Shown: piece after piece, positions 45,823 through 54,807 of the stretch | Position numbering within the stretch: the first letter of the stretch is position 1 | Layout: every line of letters starts with the position of its first letter | Assembly (NCBI GenBank): GCA_964536205.1 | Contig: CAZHVT010000004.1 | Span: 17,960-81,959, forward strand | Length of the DNA stretch: 64,000 bases | Origin: an uncultured Gammaproteobacteria bacterium | GTDB taxonomy: Bacteria; Patescibacteriota; Patescibacteriia; Magasanikbacterales; GCA-002688135 | Direction: 5' to 3' | Notes under the pieces: model-generated | Told to the model about the DNA's origin: nothing | What the model saw: the letters and a program-made list of their open reading frames with translations, nothing else | The model's database searches: none | Made by a program: the position numbers and the translations under genes

Positions 45823-47229
45823 CTAATTTCCTAAATGTCTCTTGGCCCACTCATTTCCAATAATAATCACAATATCAGCATCATTGCCAACTGTAAATGC
45901 TGGAGCTTTCTGAACAATATCCGCTGGAACAAAAGGCGCAATACGAGATAATGCAGCATCAGACTTTTCATCAACAGTAACTTGATAAATTAATGTTTCA
46001 TCAAACGTACGATCTGGTGTATTTCCAATATGTTTCACATTAATTCCTTCATCTTCAAGCAACTGACGCATTGCCGCGGCCATTCCAGCCTCCCACGTTC
46101 CATTTAAAATTGTCACACGAGATTCACGAAATTTCGAAACATCAACTGCATATCGACGTGGTGGTGGCGGAGGATCAACATCAAACATATTATTCACAAA
46201 ATGCGCAACTTCTGAATAATCACCAGCTTTAGGCAACAAGAAATATCCATAATCCGTGTTCAGTTCTTGTAAGAGTGAGTCTGCGCCAATCGTTAAAACG
46301 TGCTGCACTACATCATCTGGATCAACATTTTTCCCTTTTTTCGCAAACTCCAAAATCTCAACTAAATTAAAATCTGTATCAACGTGTTTTTTCAACGTGT
46401 TAAAAAGTGAGGTAAGTTTTGAAGGATTGATGAGTGTTGTTGGTTTAAGAATTTTCGCGCGCAATGCAGTCAGAATTTTTTGTTGGCGATGAGCTCGCGC
46501 AAAATCAGAGCCCTCGCCATGACTACCATGACGCGAGCGCGCATACTCAAGTGCACGATTACCATCCATCAATTCCGTCCCAGCTTCAAATACAACGGTT
46601 TTATAACCGAAGTTATCTGTCGGAAACTGATCATCAATAAACGTTTGTTCAATCGTAACTGACAATCCACCCAGCGTATCCACAATATCCTCAAACGCTC
46701 CAAAATCCACACGAACATAATAATGCATTGGTTCATCCAAAACTGTACTAATCACTTTGCTCGCAAATGCACCGCCATCCCCAGGAAATTCTTCCTCTCC
46801 ATACGCATTTGCATGATTAATTTTTTTCACACCATATCCAGGAATCGCAACTGCCATATCGCGGGGAAGCGAAAGCATCGCAACTTTATTATCAGAAGGT
46901 CGATAGCTCGCAACAATAATTGTGTCAGATAATTGAGGGCCGTCATGCCCAGCTCCACCAACTCCCAGGAACAAGATATTAATACGATCCTCATTAAATC
47001 CATCCAGTAAACGATTTTCAGAAAAAACCAATCGCTTAATCCCACGCACAATCGAAGGCTTTTCACCTTCCGGTAGCGAACCTTCTGTAATCTGCATTAA
47101 AGCACTCACAATATTATATACCCAAAAAAGAGCTCCAATCACGAAAATCAAAAAAAATATACGTAGAACATTACGTATGCTGAACCGAGACTTCGGTCGC
47201 AGATCCATATCACTCTTATATTTGCGCAT
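45823..47229 (-). CDS. LytR-CpsA-Psr (LCP) family cell-envelope protein
   Basis: N-terminal TM, then LCP core (ILFLGVGGAGHDGPQLSDTIIVASY...) and a C-terminal LytR_C-like region. Confidence 0.8.
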   Translation of the reverse strand: MRKYKSDMDLRPKSRFSIRNVLRIFFLIFVIGALFWVYNIVSALMQITEGSLPEGEKPSIVRGIKRLVFSENRLLDGFNEDRINILFLGVGGAGHDGPQLSDTIIVASYRPSDNKVAMLSLPRDMAVAIPGYGVKKINHANAYGEEEFPGDGGAFASKVISTVLDEPMHYYVRVDFGAFEDIVDTLGGLSVTIEQTFIDDQFPTDNFGYKTVVFEAGTELMDGNRALEYARSRHGSHGEGSDFARAHRQQKILTALRAKILKPTTLINPSKLTSLFNTLKKHVDTDFNLVEILEFAKKGKNVDPDDVVQHVLTIGADSLLQELNTDYGYFLLPKAGDYSEVAHFVNNMFDVDPPPPPRRYAVDVSKFRESRVTILNGTWEAGMAAAMRQLLEDEGINVKHIGNTPDRTFDETLIYQVTVDEKSDAALSRIAPFVPADIVQKAPAFTVGNDADIVIIIGNEWAKRHLGN

Positions 47230-47345
47230 GAATGTGTATTACGAGCATTAAGTATATGAAAAAAGTCCTACTATGACAAGGTACAAAAAAATGTTACTAT
47301 AAAGAAGATATTGGTTTCGACCTGAATTTTTTTGGTCACACTACT

Positions 47346-50300
47346 ATGATGCGTGCTATTGGCAGAATGACGACTCAATATCTTGTCAGATTTGCTATCG
47401 CGTTGGTGATAAGTGCCTTCGCGTTTCTTCGGGTTGTGATGGCATATGATTTATCGACCGCAAGTTATGACAGTAAAAATGTGTCCGTTCAATCTCAATG
47501 TGCACATCCATATGAATTGGAATTCGACGATGATGGAGATCGAATGTATATCGCATGTCTCACAAATGACATTTTTCAATACACATTGACCACTGCGTGG
47601 GATGTTTCAACAGCTTCATACGCCAGTAAATCATTTGATACATCAGGAGAAGAGAGCGGAACAGTAACACTTGCATTTAACTCTGATGGTACAAAAATGT
47701 ATTCCGGTGGAACAACAAACGACACGGTATTTCAATACTCACTTTCAACAGCATTTGATGTTTCTACAGCGACGTACGATAGTGTGAGTTTCGATGTAGG
47801 AAGTCAAGAAAGTAATTTCTTCAATTTAGAGTTCAGTACTGACGGTACAAAAATGTATGTGATTGGAAATGTCTCTGACAAAATTCATCAGTATACACTT
47901 TCAACTGCATGGGATCTCTCAACAGCAAGCTACGACAGCAAAACACTTAATGTAAACTCACAAGCCATCAATCCACTTGGAATGCAGTTTCACACAAGTG
48001 GTACGTATGTATATGTGATCAATCACTCAACCGACAGGGTCTATCAGTATTCGATGACAACAGCATGGGATGTATCAACAGGAAGTTACGATAATGTCAG
48101 TTTTTATGTAGGAAGTCAGGATGGAAGTGGATACGATCTCGCATTTAAAGACGACGATGGAACGAAGATGTTTGTAACAGGAAACTCGAATGATCGAATT
48201 TATCAATACACTCTCACGAATTTCGACACCACTGATCCGACATTATCATCTTCATCCCCAGCAGATAATGCAACAGACGTCACAACAACGGACAACATCG
48301 TACTGACATTTTCAGAGGCCGTAGATGCAGAATCTGGAGATATTGTGATCTACAAAACATCTGATGATTCAACGGTTGAAACAATGGATGTGGGTGGTGC
48401 TGCTGTGTCTGGTTCAGGCTCAACTGAAATTACAGTAAATCCTACAAGCAACCTTGATGATTCCACAGAATTTTATGTGATTATTGATGCAACAGCGTTT
48501 GATGATGCATCTTCAAACAGTTACGCTGGAATTTCCGCATCAACAACATTGAGTTTCACAACTGCAGATGAAACCAATCCGACGGTTTCAACATATTCTC
48601 CAGCAGATAACGCAACAAGTGTATCGCAAACCGCAAATCTCGTTCTTACATTTTCAGAAGCAGTCGATGTAGAATCCGGAAATATTGTAATTTATAAATC
48701 AAGCGATGATTCAGTCGCAGAAACAATTGCTGTTACAGACTCACAGGTTACCGGAACAGGAACTACAACCATCACTATTAATCCATCAATCACATTTGCA
48801 GGAGACACGGAATATTACGTCCAAATTGCTGCAACAGGATTTGATGATTCCTCAAGCAATAGCTACGCCGGAATTACTGACACAACAACATGGAGCTTCA
48901 CAGTGGAAGATGCAAACGGCCCAACACTTTCAAATGAAGGGCCAGAAGGACAAAAAAATATCGGAACAAAAAGTGCAACGCTTTCAGCCACCACAAACGA
49001 AACATCAAATTGTAGATATTCCACGTCATCAAGTGCTGCATGGGCAGCCATGACAGCTTTTGAAACAACAGGAGGAACAAGTCATGCATCAGCAATTTCA
49101 GGATTAGAAAACGGAACAACATATAATTATTATGTGTTCTGTCAGGATAGCGTTGGAAATCAAAGTTCAAAATCAACTATCACATTTAATATTGCACAGC
49201 GAGAACGTTCAGGTGGAAGCAGTGGTGCTGGAGCAGGAATTTCAAGTGGGAGAAGTGGTGGAGCGGTAGGAAGTTCTACTAAAAGCGCAAAGCGTGTGAG
49301 TGTAAAGGCTGGAAGGAAGGTTGATGTAGGTTCGGTGACACGAGGAAGCACAAGTCTCACATTGCCAAAAAGTTCAACGGTAATGTTCAAAGTAAAAGAA
49401 AAAAAAGTTGACATGAACATCGCAAAAATAGAAGGACGCGGAACAAATCGAACGGTTGAAATGCATCTCCCGTCAGAACAAAAAATGTTGAAACTAAAAT
49501 GGAACGAGATTGCTGCGGTTGATATTGATGGAGATGGAGTCGGGGATCTTGCGGTGAAATTTGCAGCTGGCGTGAAGGATAAAATAGAAGTTACGTTATC
49601 CACAAAAATTCCGCTTGATGCGGTTGTGCAAAATCATCCAATTGAAGTTGAGGAAGAGGTTGAGGAGGTGAAGCTAGAAATTCCGGTGGAGACAGAGAAG
49701 GTTGAGGAAAAAGATGAGGAAGTAGAAGTTGAGAAGGTTAAGGAGGTAGAAGAAGTAGTTGAGGAGGTGATCAAGACTGCGCCAGTTATTGAGCCAGTTC
49801 TACCAGTACCCCCAAGCGATCAAATCGCACCACAAGTTGAAATCTTCGTGAAAGATGCACAATTCCAATTCAAACGAGATGTAGGAGTTGGTACGAGAGG
49901 AGAGGATGTAAAAGAATTACAAAAATTCCTAAATTCAAACGGATTTCCGGTCTCACAATTCGGCGCAGGATCACAAGGAAATGAATCAGAGTATTTCGGA
50001 AACAGAACGCGCGCAGCTCTCATCAAATGGCAAAAAGCTCAAAAATTCATAAAACCAAATGGAGTGATGGGAATTGAAACGCGCGCGGTGATGAATGGAT
50101 CGCAAATAATTATGATTAAAAAAGGTGAGAAAGCGCAAGAAGTTTCAGCTCCTGTTAAAGTTACTCAACCAATAATAGAGAATATTAAAAAAGAACCAGT
50201 CGCCACAAATAATTCGCTACACAGTTTCGCGCGGAATTTGAGAAGAGGGGATAGAGGAGAAGATGTAAAACAATTACAAATATTCCTCAATAATTTCGGA

Positions 50301-50456
50301 TTCCCTGTTGCAGAATCCGGCATCGGATCATCAGGAAATGAAACGTCATACTTTGGATCACGCACGCAATCAGCACTCATCAAATATCAAAAAGCCGTTG
50401 GCGCGCCATCACAAGGATTTTTCGGACCAGCAACGCGCGATTCCATTAACAAATAA
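47346..50456 (+). CDS. large surface protein: signal/TM, 6x about 60-aa blade-like repeats, Ig-like/Fn3-like repeats, E/V-rich spacer, 2x peptidoglycan-binding domains
   Basis: Repeats of the form STASYDSK...DGTKMYV...D.I.QYTLST, then SPADNAT.V....LTFSEAVD.ESG.IVIYK x2, then two RGDRGEDVK.LQ.FLN..GFPV...G.GS.GNE..YFG..T..ALIK.QKA modules. Confidence 0.7.
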   Translation: MMRAIGRMTTQYLVRFAIALVISAFAFLRVVMAYDLSTASYDSKNVSVQSQCAHPYELEFDDDGDRMYIACLTNDIFQYTLTTAWDVSTASYASKSFDTSGEESGTVTLAFNSDGTKMYSGGTTNDTVFQYSLSTAFDVSTATYDSVSFDVGSQESNFFNLEFSTDGTKMYVIGNVSDKIHQYTLSTAWDLSTASYDSKTLNVNSQAINPLGMQFHTSGTYVYVINHSTDRVYQYSMTTAWDVSTGSYDNVSFYVGSQDGSGYDLAFKDDDGTKMFVTGNSNDRIYQYTLTNFDTTDPTLSSSSPADNATDVTTTDNIVLTFSEAVDAESGDIVIYKTSDDSTVETMDVGGAAVSGSGSTEITVNPTSNLDDSTEFYVIIDATAFDDASSNSYAGISASTTLSFTTADETNPTVSTYSPADNATSVSQTANLVLTFSEAVDVESGNIVIYKSSDDSVAETIAVTDSQVTGTGTTTITINPSITFAGDTEYYVQIAATGFDDSSSNSYAGITDTTTWSFTVEDANGPTLSNEGPEGQKNIGTKSATLSATTNETSNCRYSTSSSAAWAAMTAFETTGGTSHASAISGLENGTTYNYYVFCQDSVGNQSSKSTITFNIAQRERSGGSSGAGAGISSGRSGGAVGSSTKSAKRVSVKAGRKVDVGSVTRGSTSLTLPKSSTVMFKVKEKKVDMNIAKIEGRGTNRTVEMHLPSEQKMLKLKWNEIAAVDIDGDGVGDLAVKFAAGVKDKIEVTLSTKIPLDAVVQNHPIEVEEEVEEVKLEIPVETEKVEEKDEEVEVEKVKEVEEVVEEVIKTAPVIEPVLPVPPSDQIAPQVEIFVKDAQFQFKRDVGVGTRGEDVKELQKFLNSNGFPVSQFGAGSQGNESEYFGNRTRAALIKWQKAQKFIKPNGVMGIETRAVMNGSQIIMIKKGEKAQEVSAPVKVTQPIIENIKKEPVATNNSLHSFARNLRRGDRGEDVKQLQIFLNNFGFPVAESGIGSSGNETSYFGSRTQSALIKYQKAVGAPSQGFFGPATRDSINK

Positions 50457-50480
50457 AAACGACCACCGTGGTGGTCGTTC
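50452..50480. terminator. bidirectional terminator (perfect palindrome)
   Basis: AACGACCACCGTGGTGGTCGTT flanked by an A-run and T. Confidence 0.55.
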
Positions 50481-50483
50481 GCG

Positions 50484-51701
50484 TTAGCCCGTCACTGCTT
50501 CGCCGATAGCGAGCGCGGCTTCACGCGCAAGAGCATCAGCTTTGACAGCTGCTGCTTTCTTTTTTTCTTTCTTCCTTGTCTTGCCTTTGACTGCCTGCAT
50601 CTCGAGCTTCTTAAGTCGCTCGTGTGTCGCGTTCCGTTCCTCAATCATTGCATCAAGCGTCGCAAGGTCTTCTGGAGTAGCTTCGCTAGATTTCAGTTCA
50701 TACTGAACATCTCGCAGAACTGCATTGATGACCCGATTATACACACGCAAGCCTTCCCGATGCTTGGTAGAGGTAATCCGTGTCGAAGCTCGACAGATTG
50801 TGAGCGCTTCATCCAAGTAAGCTCGCAGAGAACGCCGTTGAATCTCAATCCGCTTCAGCCGATCAATCTCCACCTTCTGCTCATCAATGACTTTAGCGCC
50901 AGCAGCAACCGAAGCATGAAGATCCTGAATGGTATTTCGAGATTCGCTGATGAACGAACCAACATCTTGCATCGGCAGATCTGCCTTACGTTCAGCCATC
51001 AAATTGAGTGCTTCTTCAACATTCAGCCAAAACAAATCGCCGAGCGTCGTTTTGAGCTGAACACTAATTTGGAACAGCTGAATTGGATTGCCGATCTTAA
51101 CATCAGCAATAGCGTAAAACATCTGTGTTTTAACATGCGGCATGTGGCAACGAGATGTCATGTTGGGACCGCCCAAAGGAACAGCAAGTGTAGCAACAAT
51201 CATATCACGACTTTCCGTGCTAGATTGGATGACTTCACCATTGCGGTGCGAAAAGTGTACGCGTTTGAAATCATGCGTAACGCTGAATGGCTTGAATACA
51301 CCCTTAGAATTAAAGAGTGCACGTCGATTAACGATAAACCAGAGAAAATCTCCGTTGTTCCACCGCTGCACGAGTAGCACAAAACCGATCCTGTTTCTAT
51401 ATTTCTGCGCACGGATGAATCGGAACGGCCAGACATCATCTAGATCAGCGTCGCCGAACAACATAAGTTTGATGAAGTAGATCACCCATCCCACAAACAG
51501 CGAAACAATCAGTCCGCCAAAAGTGTAGATCAGATAATCAGCTTGCGTCAATGATCCATCGAATCGATGTGCAAAGCATAAATATGCCAGCACAGCAAGC
51601 GTGAGCCCAAGTGACATCCCAAGCCAATACTTGAGACGACCATATGGAATAGCGCGAAAATCTGCAATCGCGCTTCTAAAGTCTCCGTTTCTGTGTTCCA
51701 T
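50484..51701 (-). CDS. hypothetical membrane protein with C-terminal coiled-coil, K-rich tail
   Basis: RBS AAGGAGA 5 nt before the internal Met (MEHRNGDF). Two N-terminal TM helices. GC moderately elevated. The antisense track ORF 50622..51377 is likely spurious. Confidence 0.5.
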   Translation of the reverse strand: MEHRNGDFRSAIADFRAIPYGRLKYWLGMSLGLTLAVLAYLCFAHRFDGSLTQADYLIYTFGGLIVSLFVGWVIYFIKLMLFGDADLDDVWPFRFIRAQKYRNRIGFVLLVQRWNNGDFLWFIVNRRALFNSKGVFKPFSVTHDFKRVHFSHRNGEVIQSSTESRDMIVATLAVPLGGPNMTSRCHMPHVKTQMFYAIADVKIGNPIQLFQISVQLKTTLGDLFWLNVEEALNLMAERKADLPMQDVGSFISESRNTIQDLHASVAAGAKVIDEQKVEIDRLKRIEIQRRSLRAYLDEALTICRASTRITSTKHREGLRVYNRVINAVLRDVQYELKSSEATPEDLATLDAMIEERNATHERLKKLEMQAVKGKTRKKEKKKAAAVKADALAREAALAIGEAVTG

Positions 51702-51845
51702 GACGTTCTCCTTAACTGCCTCACAATCCGTCAAGTCATGAGGGAGCGATGATAACGGATCAGTCCAATAAGTTCGCGGCCTCAACGAGTACGTTGAGGC
51801 GGCTCTTCATATCAAACCATCGGTCACATCTGGTTTTAAAAAACA

Positions 51846-51872
51846 TACTATCAAGTCGCTTGATAGTATGCG
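51846..51872. promoter_or_regulatory. perfect 12-bp palindrome CATACTATCAAG-tcg-CTTGATAGTATG in divergent promoter region; candidate operator
   Basis: Lies between divergent genes 50484..51701 (-) and 51926..52525 (+). Confidence 0.4.
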
Positions 51873-51925
51873 TAAACTAACATCAGAATTGAACAATGTC
51901 AAGCATTTCGTTATCATCCATGTAT

Positions 51926-52525
51926 ATGAAATTATTCATCGTGCGTCATGGCAAAACAACACATAATGAATTGGGGATTATTCAGGGTACAGGGGTTGAG
52001 GGTGAGTTGAGTGATTTGGGGATTGAGCAGGCCACAGTTGCGGCGCAGCAATTACAAAACGAAACATTTGATCGAATTATTTCAAGCGATCTCAATCGAT
52101 GCAAACAAACAGCAGATATCATCGGAAAGCATCACACAGATAATCAGATTGAATACACACCAACATTACGAGAACGATGTGCTGGGGTTTTTGATGGTCA
52201 ACATAAAAAGCATTACTACGACGCAATTGAAGTATCGCCATTATCTTGGCAATCATACCGACCAGAAAATGGAGAATCGCAATTAGATCTCATTCAGCGC
52301 GTCGGAGATTTTCACACAAAACTATTCAAAAAACATTACGGCGAAAAAATATTAGCTGTATCACATGGCGCATTTATTTCCGCATGGCTTCTACATGCAC
52401 AAGGAAAAAGCATGAATCGTGAGAACTTTGTGGGTGTTCATCCATTAAACTGCTCAATTTCAAAAATGGAATTCGATGAGCAGGGAAAATTAATAGATAT
52501 CCACATGGGAAAAACAGATCACTAA
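51926..52525 (+). CDS. histidine phosphatase superfamily (phosphoglycerate mutase-like)
   Basis: MKLFIVRHGKTTHN (RHG catalytic motif) and a downstream H (SHGAFI). Confidence 0.8.
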   Translation: MKLFIVRHGKTTHNELGIIQGTGVEGELSDLGIEQATVAAQQLQNETFDRIISSDLNRCKQTADIIGKHHTDNQIEYTPTLRERCAGVFDGQHKKHYYDAIEVSPLSWQSYRPENGESQLDLIQRVGDFHTKLFKKHYGEKILAVSHGAFISAWLLHAQGKSMNRENFVGVHPLNCSISKMEFDEQGKLIDIHMGKTDH

Positions 52526-52552
52526 AAAACCCCGATCGTGTCGGGGTTTTTT
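52524..52552. terminator. bidirectional terminator
   Basis: AAAAAACCCCGA-tcgtg-TCGGGGTTTTTT. Confidence 0.6.
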
Positions 52553-52560
52553 GATTGCCA

Positions 52561-52989
52561 TTAAAATGATGTCGGAGGAGTTGGGGGTGCTGCTGGTGGA
52601 TCTGGAAATTCAGATGCTGGCGGCGGCATGTGTGCAGCTGGCGGCGGAGTTGGGGGTGGTGTTGGTGCAGAAGGTGCAGATGTTGCTCCTGGTGCGCTCC
52701 CAGCTAAAGCTCCTTCTTTCACAGATTTTTTCAATCGTGATCCTGCTTTAAATTTTGGTACAGGAACAGCAGGGATATCAATCGCTTTTGATGGATCTTG
52801 TGGATTAACTCCAACGCGACCCTTGCGCACGCGAGCGCTAAATTCACCAAAACCTGCCAAGGTGACGCTGCCGCCTCCTGCAATAGTTTCAGTAATAATA
52901 TCTGTCATTGCTTCAACCGCAGCTTCAGCCTGCGATTTATTTAAGCCGAGTCGATCGGCCACAGCTTGCGCCAAATCGGATTTGTTCAT
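52561..52989 (-). CDS. hup: HU-family DNA-binding protein with about 50-aa P/A-rich C-terminal extension
   Basis: MNKSDLAQAVADRLGLNKSQAEAAVEAM...GFGEFSARVRKGRVGVNPQ is the HU fold. Tail APGATSAPSAPTPPPTPPPAAHMPPPASEFPDPPAAPPTPPTSF. Confidence 0.85.
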   Translation of the reverse strand: MNKSDLAQAVADRLGLNKSQAEAAVEAMTDIITETIAGGGSVTLAGFGEFSARVRKGRVGVNPQDPSKAIDIPAVPVPKFKAGSRLKKSVKEGALAGSAPGATSAPSAPTPPPTPPPAAHMPPPASEFPDPPAAPPTPPTSF

Positions 52990-53062
52990 AGATGGGAATT
53001 ATGAATTATGAATAATGAATCATGGGGTTCTCATTTAAAGAAATCATCCATAATTCCTTATT
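52990..53062. repeat. word-built imperfect palindrome (ATTATGAAT words) between hup and ymdB
   Basis: GGGAATTATGAATTATGAATAATGAATCATGG...CATCCATAATTCCTTATTCGTGATTCATATTTC. Confidence 0.55.
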
Positions 53063-53068
53063 CGTGAT

Positions 53069-53860
53069 TCATATTTCGGTCACTATATTGAACGGTTCAA
53101 TATGAGAACAATGACCTGTTTTTTCATCGACATCAACAACGATTCCCGAAAGTATCGCTTCTCCAGATTCCGCAAAGTCATGTGAACGTGTGTGATCTGG
53201 ATGAAGAAAATTATTGAGAATCGTATCTTGTTTCACTCCTAAAACGCCATTACGATCACCACACATACCAATATCGGTTATGTAGCCAGTTCCTTGAGGG
53301 AGGATTCTCGCATCATTTGTTTGTACGTGTGTATGCGTTCCCCAAGCCGCGGAAACACGTCCATCCAAATGCCAACCCATCGCAATCCGCTCGCTCGTTG
53401 TTTCTCCATGAAAATCGAGCAGCGCGATTGAGATGTCTTTGTGTTCTGGCATGTTCAAGATTGTATCGATCACAGCAAACGGAGAATCAACCGTTTCCTT
53501 CATAAACATCTCACCCTGTAAGTTTAGCACAATAATAGTTGTACCAGCAACATCGAATGTGCGAAACCCCACACCAGGCGTTCCACCCGGATAATTCGCC
53601 GGACGAATCACATCAGCATCATCCAACAGAGGAATACCAGGAGGTTTTGAGAATGTATGATTACCACCAGTAAAACAATCGATATTCAGAGCGCGCATTT
53701 CATCTAAGGTACGCTGTGTAATCCCTTTTCCATGCGCTAAATTCTCAGCCTGAACAATCGTAAAGTCAGGCTTAAGATCAGCCTGCAATCCCGGCAGCTC
53801 TTTAGTGAGCGCCTTTCTTCCAAGTTTTCCTACAACATCGCCGAAGATTAAAAATCTCAT
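53069..53860 (-). CDS. ymdB: YmdB-like metallophosphoesterase (2',3'-cyclic-nucleotide phosphodiesterase family)
   Basis: Internal Met gives MRFLIFGDVVGKLGR...QAENLAHGKG...GNH. The longer track ORF N-terminus is not conserved. Confidence 0.85.
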   Translation of the reverse strand: MRFLIFGDVVGKLGRKALTKELPGLQADLKPDFTIVQAENLAHGKGITQRTLDEMRALNIDCFTGGNHTFSKPPGIPLLDDADVIRPANYPGGTPGVGFRTFDVAGTTIIVLNLQGEMFMKETVDSPFAVIDTILNMPEHKDISIALLDFHGETTSERIAMGWHLDGRVSAAWGTHTHVQTNDARILPQGTGYITDIGMCGDRNGVLGVKQDTILNNFLHPDHTRSHDFAESGEAILSGIVVDVDEKTGHCSHIEPFNIVTEI

Positions 53861-53861
53861 A

Positions 53862-54803
53862 TTAGTTCTTTTGGAGTAATGCCGCTTTAAATTTCTCTTC
53901 CACATCTGCCAATGTATTGAACGAATCAGAAAGAGAAGGCCAATCTTTGGCGACGGCATACGTATGACACAATCCAAATACAGCAGCTTGTTCACGCTTC
54001 AATGCAGCAAGATCAGAATCCTTCTGATCAAAGAATGAGGCACAGTCAGTAGCTCGTTTCGATGCGAGCGGTAGAGCAAAATACACGAAATGACCAAATT
54101 CAGATGGAGTCAATCCTTTTTTAGCTACTCGTTGAGCTAAAGACGTAATTGCTGCTCCTCCAATAAGCATATGATCGCTGTTCTGCTCTCCTTCAGTATA
54201 CAACGTAATAAAGTATGCTGATGCAGCATCGTACAATTCGGACGCCGAAACAGCTTTGTTGCGTACGGGTTTCGTGATGTATCTATAAAAACCATCTTTG
54301 TATGAAACCTTTGCTGCTTCCCAGGCTTTTTGCAAATCATCTTTTTGGATGAAGACATGTGGAAATTCAGCAGGATCATGAAGAAAGATTCGATCACCAT
54401 CGTAATCATACGCTAGAACATAATGATCGACACCCTTCAGGTACGTCGCATTGGGATTATAATTCAGATAACCCATATCAAGAGGGCCAAGAACTGCAGC
54501 TCCAGAATCGAGCGCCTGCTTCAATTGTTCAAAAGGAAAATCATCAGGAGATTCCGACACATGAACGTCATAGCTAAAGCCAAGTACATCTAATACTTTG
54601 GTGATACCAAGATCCGGTTCAAGTGATTGATTGTTGAAGTACAACAGATTCTTGTCTGTATCCATGGAGGCACCCAATCCAACACCAGAGAGAACTTCAA
54701 TTGTCGCAGGCGAAACATCTTCTCCAATCGAGCGTAAAAGCATCGAAGCAGAATGTGCATAGCAGTATGCTCCGTTTCCGATATAGGGAACGTAGGTTGC
54801 CAT
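53862..54803 (-). CDS. hypothetical protein with an N-terminal conserved Cys (possible papain-like/BtrH-N-like fold, tentative)
   Basis: 313 aa, GNGAYCYAHSASMLL near the N-terminus. Inserted between rny and ymdB. Confidence 0.45.
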   Translation of the reverse strand: MATYVPYIGNGAYCYAHSASMLLRSIGEDVSPATIEVLSGVGLGASMDTDKNLLYFNNQSLEPDLGITKVLDVLGFSYDVHVSESPDDFPFEQLKQALDSGAAVLGPLDMGYLNYNPNATYLKGVDHYVLAYDYDGDRIFLHDPAEFPHVFIQKDDLQKAWEAAKVSYKDGFYRYITKPVRNKAVSASELYDAASAYFITLYTEGEQNSDHMLIGGAAITSLAQRVAKKGLTPSEFGHFVYFALPLASKRATDCASFFDQKDSDLAALKREQAAVFGLCHTYAVAKDWPSLSDSFNTLADVEEKFKAALLQKN

Positions 54804-54807
54804 AGGT

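Noticed and set aside
50622-51377. 251-aa plus-strand ORF antisense to the 50484..51701 gene
   Set aside because: No RBS. Moderately GC-rich region. The minus-strand gene has an RBS and TM helices in sensible positions.
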